A stretch of 35,813 bases of DNA from positions 1-35,813 of the IMG/VR virus record IMGVR_UViG_2799112432_000001; one strand, given 5' to 3'. This document shows, in pieces, positions 24,264 through 31,197 of this stretch. The notes beneath the pieces were generated by a model. The model was not told the origin of the DNA. It saw nothing but the letters and a program-made list of their open reading frames with translations, and made no database searches. The translations under genes were made by a program, and so were the position numbers. Source of the stretch: a virus. Position 1 is the stretch's first letter. Every line of letters begins with the position of its first letter.

Positions 24264-24532
24264 ACATGTTAGGAAACAAAGAATTTATTGAACAGAGTAA
24301 GCAGATCGTGCATGATTACGCGGTCGAGCATATGGACAAGACCGACACGGTACCTCCGTTTGATGTGTTTGTTGTGTGGAGTTGTAAAATTCTTCAGAAC
24401 CACAAGGCGCTGCTGAGCACGACGCTAACGGACGGCATGTACTATGAGATCACCTATAACGGCGACAAAAAAGAGGCATACCTCGACGCGTACAAGAAAT
24501 TCGAAACCCGCGTCGTGATGAAGGAGGATTGA
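24260..24532 (+). CDS. hypothetical protein between holin and endolysin
   Basis: 90 aa, overlapping both neighbours. VFVVWSCKILQNHKALLST...YYEITYNGDKKEAYLDAYKK looks like a small conserved phage family seen near lysis genes (from memory, unverified). Confidence 0.5.
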   Translation: MNMLGNKEFIEQSKQIVHDYAVEHMDKTDTVPPFDVFVVWSCKILQNHKALLSTTLTDGMYYEITYNGDKKEAYLDAYKKFETRVVMKED

Positions 24533-24534
24533 CC

Positions 24535-26166
24535 ATGAACATCATCAACAAAAAAGGCGTCGATATTTCATCCAACAACGGCAAGGTCGATTTCGGGAAA
24601 ATCAAGGCGGCGGGTTATGATTTCGTCATGATCCGCTGCGGCTTCGGTGAGAACATTCCTGAGCAGGACGACACCTTCTGGGAGGAAAACGTCCGCAAAG
24701 CCGAGGCGGCAAACATGCCGTGGGGTGCGTACTTCTATTCCTACGCCTGTTCCGAGGCAAGCGCTAAAAGCGAGCTGGAGCACGTCCTCCGCTTGCTCAA
24801 GGGCAAGAAGCCGACGCTCCCTGTTGCGTTCGACATGGAGGATGCAGACGGATACAAAGCGCGTCACGGCGGCTGGAACCGTACCAACGTGACGAGAGCC
24901 TGCAAGATTTTCCTCGAAGGAATTGCGAAAGCGGGATATTATCCGATGATTTATGCCGGTTTTGAGGAAAAGGACAACCTCATTTCTTCTGCGGTGTGGA
25001 ACAGCCATGATATCTGGTTCCCACATTGGGCGAGAGAATGCGGCTACAAGGGTGACAATCTCAGCATGTGGCAGTACGGCGGCGAGACCAACCTGATTGA
25101 TGGAAACAGTATCCCCGGCGTCGGAGTGATCGACAAAAATCTGTGCTATAAAGACTATCCGACGATTATCAAGGATAGTGGCAAGAATGGCTGGAGCGGC
25201 TCCGGCAAGACTCCTGACAAGCCGAAAGTCAGCGGCATAACGGCAGAGCAGGCAATGAGTGCAGCGCGAGGTCTTGTCGGTAAAGACGAAGATCCCGACG
25301 AATGCGACATCATGAAATGGTACGGCGGCTTTGATACGGACATCAATGAAATCGCCTGCTGTTGCGCCGGTATAATGTATTTGTTTTTCAAGATACTCAA
25401 CGCAGGAAGCCTCATCCCCGGGGGCAAGGTCGCGGATTGCGGCTCAATCGCGCTGAATTTTTACAAAGCAGGACAGCTCCACAAGCCGTCCGAGGTAAAG
25501 CCCGGCGACATTGTCGTATTTTCATGGAGCCACAGCAAAACGTCGGTTTCACCGCTTAACAATCTCGGATATATGTGCTTTGAGCACGTAGAGCTCTGCC
25601 TCAAGGTTTTTGATGATACCATTTTGAGCATTGGCGCGAATAACGGCGGTATTGAGTGCGACGATTTTCAGATCAAGACGCGCAGCCGCTCGGATATTTC
25701 CGCCTGCTGCCGTCCGAACTACGCCGACGGCGGGGAAGAGGACACCGCGGCGACTGTCACCGAGGCGGTCTACGGCGATAAAAACGTCTATGAAATCCAG
25801 CAGTGGCTCAACAGTCATTTCGGCTTTGATATTTACATCGACGGCGTGTACGGTCCTCAGACGCGCGCGGCTCTTGTCATGGCGCTGCAGACCGTTCTCA
25901 ACCGCGATTACGGCGCTGATCTGGAGGTCGACGGCATCTACGGAAGATTGACGAGAAAAGCAGTGGTCAACCTCGAGCGCGGAGCCTACGGCGATTACGT
26001 CAAGGTGCTGCAGGGCTTTCTGATCTGCATGGGCTACGACACGGGCGGCTTCGACGGCGATTTCGGCGGTAGAACCGAGGAATCGGTCAAAACCTTCCAG
26101 ACGGTGAGAGACTTATATGTCGACGGCATAGCCGGTAAAGCAACTTTTGAAGAACTCACGGGGTAA
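24535..26166 (+). CDS. endolysin: GH25 muramidase + CHAP/NlpC-P60-like domain + 2 x PG_binding_1
   Basis: The N-terminus KGVDISSNNGKVDFGKIKAAGYDFVMIRCGFG is GH25-like. The middle (IACCCAGIMYLFF...KPGDIVVFSW...FEHVELCL...SIGANNG) follows a CHAP-like Cys/His pattern. The C-terminus has two DG-x-YG/FG-x-x-T repeats, as in PG_binding_1. ATG 24535 has a GGAGGA RBS; TTG 24529 is the alternative start. Confidence 0.8.
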   Translation: MNIINKKGVDISSNNGKVDFGKIKAAGYDFVMIRCGFGENIPEQDDTFWEENVRKAEAANMPWGAYFYSYACSEASAKSELEHVLRLLKGKKPTLPVAFDMEDADGYKARHGGWNRTNVTRACKIFLEGIAKAGYYPMIYAGFEEKDNLISSAVWNSHDIWFPHWARECGYKGDNLSMWQYGGETNLIDGNSIPGVGVIDKNLCYKDYPTIIKDSGKNGWSGSGKTPDKPKVSGITAEQAMSAARGLVGKDEDPDECDIMKWYGGFDTDINEIACCCAGIMYLFFKILNAGSLIPGGKVADCGSIALNFYKAGQLHKPSEVKPGDIVVFSWSHSKTSVSPLNNLGYMCFEHVELCLKVFDDTILSIGANNGGIECDDFQIKTRSRSDISACCRPNYADGGEEDTAATVTEAVYGDKNVYEIQQWLNSHFGFDIYIDGVYGPQTRAALVMALQTVLNRDYGADLEVDGIYGRLTRKAVVNLERGAYGDYVKVLQGFLICMGYDTGGFDGDFGGRTEESVKTFQTVRDLYVDGIAGKATFEELTG

Positions 26167-26206
26167 AATGTAAAGTATATTTATACTTTAAGAGAATACA
26201 AATAAG

Positions 26207-26584
26207 ATGTTTATTAAATGTAACCCGAATCCGTACCACCTGAGAACCGACGATTGTGTAATAAGGGCTATCGCTATAGCTGAAAATGCAAGCTGGGATA
26301 AGATCTATCTTGACTTATCTATATATGGTTTAATTTATGCTGATTTGCCAATACGGAATAATGTATGGGGCAGATTTCTGAATGATAGAAATTATGAGTA
26401 CATTTCTATACCAAATACTTGCCCCTTTTGCTACAGAATCAAGGATTTCTGCAAAGATAACCCAAACGGTACATTTGTACTTGGTACAGAACGTCATGCA
26501 GTTTGCGTTATTAACGGCGACTACTACGACACGTGGGACTCAGGCAGTGAAGTCCCGATTTACGGATTCAAGAAAGGTGACTAA
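26207..26584 (+). CDS. hypothetical protein with a possible papain-like Cys...His...Asp arrangement
   Basis: 125 aa. It has an N-terminal TDDCVIRAIAIA and a C-terminal ERHAVCVINGDYYDTWDSG, the spacing expected of a small cysteine-peptidase-fold protein. This is pattern only. Confidence 0.35.
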   Translation: MFIKCNPNPYHLRTDDCVIRAIAIAENASWDKIYLDLSIYGLIYADLPIRNNVWGRFLNDRNYEYISIPNTCPFCYRIKDFCKDNPNGTFVLGTERHAVCVINGDYYDTWDSGSEVPIYGFKKGD

Positions 26585-26586
26585 AA

Positions 26587-27012
26587 ATGGCATATAATAA
26601 TTACATGTTTCCGCAAGGTTATTATCCTGCGATTATTCCACAGTATCAGCAGACAGTTCCGCAGATACAGCAGAATGTTCCGCAACAGCAGGCTCAACCT
26701 CAAAATAATGGCATAATCTGGGTGCAGGGCGAACAGGCGGCGAAGGGGTATCCCGTAGCACCGAATCAGTCAGTGCTTTTGATGGACAGCGAGCAGAGCG
26801 CATTTTATATCAAATCAGCGGACAACGCAGGAATGCCGCAACCGCTGAGGATTTTCGATTATTCGGAACGCAACACAAATCCAGTGCCGGCGCAACATCC
26901 TGAGCAGAGTTTTGTTACGCATTTGGAATTTGACGAAAGGCTCGAAGAATTAAAATCAATGATTAAGACTACCACAAAGGAGAAGAAGTCAAATGGCAAA
27001 TCCACTGTTTAA
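26587..27012 (+). CDS. hypothetical protein with a Q/P/Y-rich N-terminus and a conserved-looking beta domain
   Basis: MAYNNYMFPQGYYPAIIPQYQQTVPQIQQNVPQQQAQPQNNG is followed by IWVQGEQAAKGYPVAPNQSVLLMDSEQSAFYIKSADNAGMPQPLRIFDY. Confidence 0.6.
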   Translation: MAYNNYMFPQGYYPAIIPQYQQTVPQIQQNVPQQQAQPQNNGIIWVQGEQAAKGYPVAPNQSVLLMDSEQSAFYIKSADNAGMPQPLRIFDYSERNTNPVPAQHPEQSFVTHLEFDERLEELKSMIKTTTKEKKSNGKSTV

Positions 27013-27220
27013 CCTTCTTAACAATTCAGCGCAAATTCCAGTTAACACGCCGATGGGAAATGCCATGGCGATGTTAAAACAGTTCCAGCAATTCAAAAAT
27101 AGTTTCCACGGCGACCCGAAAGCTGAGGTAATGAAAATGTTGAACAACGGACAAATGACACAAGCTCAGTTTAACCAGTATCAGCAAATGGCTCAACAGT
27201 TCCAGAGCCTTATAAAATAA
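26993..27220 (+). CDS. hypothetical small Q-rich helical protein
   Basis: 75 aa; it overlaps the upstream gene by 20 nt. Confidence 0.55.
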   Translation: MANPLFNLLNNSAQIPVNTPMGNAMAMLKQFQQFKNSFHGDPKAEVMKMLNNGQMTQAQFNQYQQMAQQFQSLIK

Positions 27221-27270
27221 GTCAAAACAACTCGCGAGGTTTTGAAAATAAATTTTAAAGGAGAAAACAT

Positions 27271-28083
27271 ATGTCAATCACAAGTGAAGGCATGACACCT
27301 GCGGACATCGCCGCAGTGACAGGCAACAACAGAAATGATGGAGGATTTGGCGACGGCGGCGCATTTTGGCTGCTCGTGCTGTTCCTCTTTGGAGCCAACA
27401 ACGGCTGGAATTACGGCGGCTGGGGCGGCAACGGTGGCGGCAACAACGGCGCTATCCCCTATATTGGTACAAATGCCGACATTCAGAGAGGCTTTGACCA
27501 GTCAGCTATTATGTCGGGAATCAACAACCTGACAACAGGTCAGTGTAACCAGACTGCGACATTGCAGAATGCAATCACTCAGTCACAGATAGGCGCAATG
27601 CAGGGCTTTAACGGCGTAACAGGCACTATTAACAGTGGTGTAAATCTCTTACAGTCTACACTTATGCAGAACGAAATGAACCGTCAGAAGTGTTGTTGCG
27701 ACACTAAACAGGCAATCGGAGACCTCAAATACACCGTAGCAACTGAAAACTGCGCAGACCGTCAGGCTCTTTCCGATGGCGTTCGTGACATCATTGCAAG
27801 CAATACAGCTCAGACGCAGGCTATTCTTGATAAGCTTTGTCAGCAGGAACTTGACGCTAAAAACGAGACGATCGCAAATCTCAGAACTCAGCTCAACATG
27901 CAGAATCTTGCGGCTTCTCAGACCGCGCAGACTGCTCAGATTCTTGCCAACAATGCGGCGCAAACTCAGGCGCTTGAGCAGTATCTGAACCCTGCACCGA
28001 TTCCTGCGTATGTAGTTCAGAATCCTAACTGTTGCCCTACGCAGAACAATTGCGGTTGTAATTGCGGCTGTGGTGTAGGTTAA
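27271..28083 (+). CDS. Gly/Asn-rich membrane-anchored coiled-coil protein with a Cys-rich tail
   Basis: GGFGDGGAFWLLVLFLFGANNGWNYGGWGGNGGGNNG is a YjcZ-like Gly-flanked TM segment. A Q/N/A/T-rich heptad-like region and a KCCCD motif follow, and the C-terminus is NPNCCPTQNNCGCNCGCGVG. AAGGAGAA RBS. Confidence 0.6.
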   Translation: MSITSEGMTPADIAAVTGNNRNDGGFGDGGAFWLLVLFLFGANNGWNYGGWGGNGGGNNGAIPYIGTNADIQRGFDQSAIMSGINNLTTGQCNQTATLQNAITQSQIGAMQGFNGVTGTINSGVNLLQSTLMQNEMNRQKCCCDTKQAIGDLKYTVATENCADRQALSDGVRDIIASNTAQTQAILDKLCQQELDAKNETIANLRTQLNMQNLAASQTAQTAQILANNAAQTQALEQYLNPAPIPAYVVQNPNCCPTQNNCGCNCGCGVG

Positions 28084-28095
28084 GGAGGTAACAGA

Positions 28096-28575
28096 ATGGC
28101 TGAATATGCCTATAACCCTGCACAGAGCGTGAATGCGGGCGCTCCCATCATTTTAAACACTGTAATTCCGTGCAACAAAGGGTTTGTATACCACAGAGAA
28201 CAAAGTGGTATTCTGGTATTGAGAGGTAAGGTCTGCGGCAACAACTGCTTTGCGCGCTATCAGGTCACATTTAACGGCAACATCGCCCTTCCCGACGGCG
28301 GTACAGTTGGTTCGCCTTTGTCTGTTGCAATAGCTCTTGACGGTGAACCGATTTTGACAAGTAAAGCAATCTATCAGCCCACAGTTACAGCGGAAGACCC
28401 CGCAACAAGTGTAGGTTTCGGGAATGTTACATCAACTGCGATTATAACCGTTCCCAAAGGATGCTGCTTTAACATCTCGGTAGAAAATACATCCGAGAGC
28501 GCAACGCCTGATACAACGCCAGCCCCGACTATTCTGGTTCAAAATGCCAACTTAACAGTAACGAGAATTGCATAA
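28096..28575 (+). CDS. putative TNF/C1q-like jelly-roll protein (BclA C-terminal-domain-like)
   Basis: 159 aa. The alternating beta pattern (APIILNTVIP...GILVLRGK...YQVTFNGNIALPDGG...LSVAIALDGEPILTS...TSTAIITVPKGCCFNISVENTS...ILVQNANLTVTRIA) resembles small BclA_C-type domains. Confidence 0.45.
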   Translation: MAEYAYNPAQSVNAGAPIILNTVIPCNKGFVYHREQSGILVLRGKVCGNNCFARYQVTFNGNIALPDGGTVGSPLSVAIALDGEPILTSKAIYQPTVTAEDPATSVGFGNVTSTAIITVPKGCCFNISVENTSESATPDTTPAPTILVQNANLTVTRIA

Positions 28576-28590
28576 AGCGAGGTGAAGAAA

Positions 28591-29013
28591 ATGAGCTACA
28601 GATTGTATGAAGAAGCTAAAGAAAAGTTCTGCGAAGCTCTCGCGGAGATTGTGGAGGGTAAGCAGAGATTTAACGCCGATGACCTCAGACTTGCAAAAGA
28701 AGCAATTAGCGGTGTTTATAAAGCAACTATCCTTATGGAGATGGAGAACGGCGACTATTCATACGCCGACGGTATGAGTAACGCAAAGAGAGATAGCCGC
28801 GGCAGATACAGCCGTGACAGCGGCAATAGTTACGGTCGTCACATGGGTAACCGTGGCGGCGGTTATGACTATTCCTACCGTTATTCACGTGATGAAGCTA
28901 AAAAGGATATGGCGGCAGAAATCAAAGAGTTAATGCAGTACGCCGAGAACGAAACCGAAAGGTCAGTGCTCAGGCAGGCGGCAGAGATGTTGAAAAACAA
29001 CGCCGAGAAATAA
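28591..29013 (+). CDS. hypothetical protein with a central R/S/G/Y low-complexity segment
   Basis: Helical ends flank KRDSRGRYSRDSGNSYGRHMGNRGGGYDYSYRYSRDE. ATG 28591 is 7 nt from GAGGTG; GTG 28582 is the alternative start. Confidence 0.55.
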   Translation: MSYRLYEEAKEKFCEALAEIVEGKQRFNADDLRLAKEAISGVYKATILMEMENGDYSYADGMSNAKRDSRGRYSRDSGNSYGRHMGNRGGGYDYSYRYSRDEAKKDMAAEIKELMQYAENETERSVLRQAAEMLKNNAEK

Positions 29014-29321
29014 TGCCGACTAAAGAAGAATTACTCAAGGCTATTGATGATGTGTCAAGACTTCCAGACACTTATTCAAAATGTCAGAAGCTTGCAACCT
29101 TTTACATTTTGCTTAATTCTCTTTACCCGGAAGAAGATTTTAAAAACGAATTTAGCACACAATTTCAAAGTACAAATATTGATGTTGGGGAAAGCGAATT
29201 TTTGCAGAAAATCAAAGGGCACGATATAAGCAAAGTAATCAGCGTTTTAGATGAATTGATGGAAGCATTAAAAGCCTTGAACCCGAGGCTATACGCCAAC
29301 ACATTACGGCGGTTTGAATGA
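29013..29321 (+). CDS. hypothetical protein
   Basis: 102 aa, TAATG overlap with the upstream gene, last gene before a strong terminator. Confidence 0.55.
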   Translation: MPTKEELLKAIDDVSRLPDTYSKCQKLATFYILLNSLYPEEDFKNEFSTQFQSTNIDVGESEFLQKIKGHDISKVISVLDELMEALKALNPRLYANTLRRFE

Positions 29322-29325
29322 ACGA

Positions 29326-29354
29326 AAAGGCAGGTCAAGCACCTGCCTTTTTTC
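29326..29354 (+). terminator. rho-independent terminator (end of late operon)
   Basis: aaaggcaggt-caagc-acctgccttt is a perfect 10-bp stem with a 5-nt loop, followed by a T-run. Confidence 0.85.
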
Positions 29355-29386
29355 GTAAAAAAATTCAAAAAATTTTGAAAAAAATA

Positions 29387-29415
29387 TTGACGAATGTGTC
29401 ACATAGTGTTATATT
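29387..29415 (+). promoter_or_regulatory. sigma-A-type promoter with extended -10 (early operon 1)
   Basis: TTGACG (29387-29392), a 17-nt spacer, TGT-TATATT (29410-29415). A TGTGTCACA palindrome sits in the spacer and a TTCAAAA-AA-TTTTGAA inverted repeat sits upstream (29364-29379). Confidence 0.7.
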
Positions 29416-29465
29416 ATAAATGTAATAAAGAGAGGGAAACCTCAAAAAGAAAGGAAGTTTACAAC

Positions 29466-29636
29466 ATGACACAAAAACAGATTTTAACTTTAGCCGCCGA
29501 CAACGAATTAATGAGTATATTAGAGCACATTTCCGACATTCAAGCTAATATGATTTTCAAAACAGCTCATGAGCAAAAAGCCGCAAAGCAAGAAATGAAA
29601 CACTTTGCAAAAATAATTATTGAAAATCTAAAATAA
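29466..29636 (+). CDS. hypothetical small protein (56 aa)
   Basis: ATG 29466 follows GAAAGGAAG. The 29394 start in the track would lie inside the promoter itself. Confidence 0.55.
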   Translation: MTQKQILTLAADNELMSILEHISDIQANMIFKTAHEQKAAKQEMKHFAKIIIENLK

Positions 29637-29689
29637 ACAAAACAGGGCGGCGTAACAGCCGCACACAAGATAAAGAAAGGTGGATAATT

Positions 29690-29875
29690 ATGAAAAACGA
29701 AGGTAAATACATTGCAGTTGATAGCTACAACAACAGGTTCATCGTAAACAATACGCATTATAATGCATTTATGAGAAATCACGGGGTACAGAGCGTTGTG
29801 TATTTCGACAGGACTACAGGGGAAAAGATTCTCAAAGCGGAGATGTTACCAGACGGCAGAGTTATAAAAATTTAA
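29690..29875 (+). CDS. hypothetical protein
   Basis: 61 aa, AAAGGTGGA RBS. Confidence 0.5.
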   Translation: MKNEGKYIAVDSYNNRFIVNNTHYNAFMRNHGVQSVVYFDRTTGEKILKAEMLPDGRVIKI

Positions 29876-29918
29876 TTGAAGTAAATGCTGCTTATATCAT
29901 CAAGGAGGGATTTATTCA

Positions 29919-30230
29919 ATGACAATGAAAGAGCTGAGGACTATGTCAGACGAGGATTTGAGAGAACTGAGTATTCACTGTGCTTGCCGTGATGACCTTC
30001 GCACCTGTAAGATTATCGCGGACGTGATTAAATTCTATCACAAGACCGTTAAGGTGGTCAAAGGGCGTAAAGTGCCGATAGGCACATCAGGAGAATGCTT
30101 CTGGATGGGCATGACAGATTACAGCAAATATGGAGGCCCTTGGGGTATCTATACAAAGGTTCGTGTAGGAATACGCGATAAAGACGACAATGTCTACTGG
30201 ACGTCAGTAGATAACATAGAGCTTGCATAA
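29919..30230 (+). CDS. hypothetical protein
   Basis: 103 aa, AAGGAGGGA RBS. It contains the segment VKGRKVPIGTSGECFWMG. Confidence 0.55.
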   Translation: MTMKELRTMSDEDLRELSIHCACRDDLRTCKIIADVIKFYHKTVKVVKGRKVPIGTSGECFWMGMTDYSKYGGPWGIYTKVRVGIRDKDDNVYWTSVDNIELA

Positions 30231-30274
30231 TAACACGCTGACCTATCGGCTACACGGGGAGAAAGGATAAAGAA

Positions 30275-31195
30275 ATGAAAGGTTTTAAGGCATTTGGTAA
30301 AGGATTAGTTTGCAAGGGCAAACAGTACGCGGAAAATACAGTGTTTGAGGAAAGTAATGCGGTTATATGCTGGAGGGGAATGCATTTTTGCAAAAACCCG
30401 TTTGACGTGTTAGACTATTACCCACTCATTGATAGCAATGGAAATGTAGTGGAAGTCGCGCAAGTCGAAGCGTTGGACGAATGCCACACAGACGACAGCA
30501 AAAAGTATTGCACTAAAAAATTAAAAATAGGCTTTAAATTGTCGTTAAAGGAATTTGTAAAAGCGGCTATAGATTTTGCGCTTGAAAAGAACGACGGCAA
30601 AGTGTCAACAGGCGATGGCGCACAGCTTGCGAGCTCAGGCTATGGCGCACAGCTTGCAAGTTCAGGCAATGGCGCACAGCTTGCGAGTTCAGGCGATTAC
30701 GCAAAGCTTGCGAGTTCAGGCGGTCACGCACAGCTTGCGAGTTCAGGCGATTACGCAAAGCATGCAAGTTCAGGCGATTACGCACAGCTTGCGAGTTCAG
30801 GCGATTACGCAAAGCTTGCGAGTTCAGGCGGTTACGCACAGCTTGCGAGTTCAGGCGATTACGCAAAGCTTGCAAGTTCAGGCGATTACGCACAGCTTGC
30901 GAGTTCAGGCAATGGCGCAAAGCTTGCGAGTTCAGGCGATTACGCAAAGCTTGCGAGTTCAGGCAATGGCGCAAAGCTTGCGAGTTCAGGCTATGGCGCA
31001 GTTATTGCCGGAATTGGAAGATGTAATACAGCAAAGGGGAAGAAAGGTAGTTGGTTAGTTCTTACCGAATGGGGGTATAACGATATAGAAAGAAAATATA
31101 TCCCAATCTGTGTTAAGGCGGCACAGATAGACGGAGTGGTAATTAAAGAAAACACATTTTATAAACTTGAAAACGGAGAATTCAAGGAGGCGTAA
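30275..31195 (+). CDS. DUF7666-like N-terminal domain protein with 14 tandem 9-aa (xxAxLASSG) repeats
   Basis: The N-terminus MKGFKAFGKGLVCKGKQYAENTVFEE...CWRGMHFCKNPFDVLDYYP resembles phage DUF7666 proteins (from memory). The central repeats are DYAKLASSG / NGAQLASSG and similar. Confidence 0.6.
   Translation: MKGFKAFGKGLVCKGKQYAENTVFEESNAVICWRGMHFCKNPFDVLDYYPLIDSNGNVVEVAQVEALDECHTDDSKKYCTKKLKIGFKLSLKEFVKAAIDFALEKNDGKVSTGDGAQLASSGYGAQLASSGNGAQLASSGDYAKLASSGGHAQLASSGDYAKHASSGDYAQLASSGDYAKLASSGGYAQLASSGDYAKLASSGDYAQLASSGNGAKLASSGDYAKLASSGNGAKLASSGYGAVIAGIGRCNTAKGKKGSWLVLTEWGYNDIERKYIPICVKAAQIDGVVIKENTFYKLENGEFKEA
30614..30991 (+). repeat. 14 x 27-nt perfect-phase tandem repeat (coding)
   Basis: The unit is gattacgcaaagcttgcgagttcaggc and close variants, head to tail with no spacers. 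The repeat generates spurious ORFs in other frames and on the other strand. Confidence 0.95.
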
Positions 31196-31197
31196 CC

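Noticed and set aside
27221-27270. The hairpin caaaac-N10-gttttg between 26993..27220 and 27271..28083 could be an internal terminator.
   Set aside because: It is only a 6-bp A/T-rich stem with no T-run, so it is unlikely to terminate. I kept it as an unremarkable intergenic spacer.
30614-30991. The regular 27-nt repeat array could be mistaken for a CRISPR array.
   Set aside because: The repeats are contiguous with no spacers and stay in phase with a long ORF that has proper flanking domains. No cas genes are present.
30567-31058. Alternative-frame and antisense ORFs 30576..31058 (+) and 30567..30974 (-).
   Set aside because: They are by-products of the tandem repeat (monotonous SLRVQAITQ / NRLNSQALR translations) and have no independent start context.
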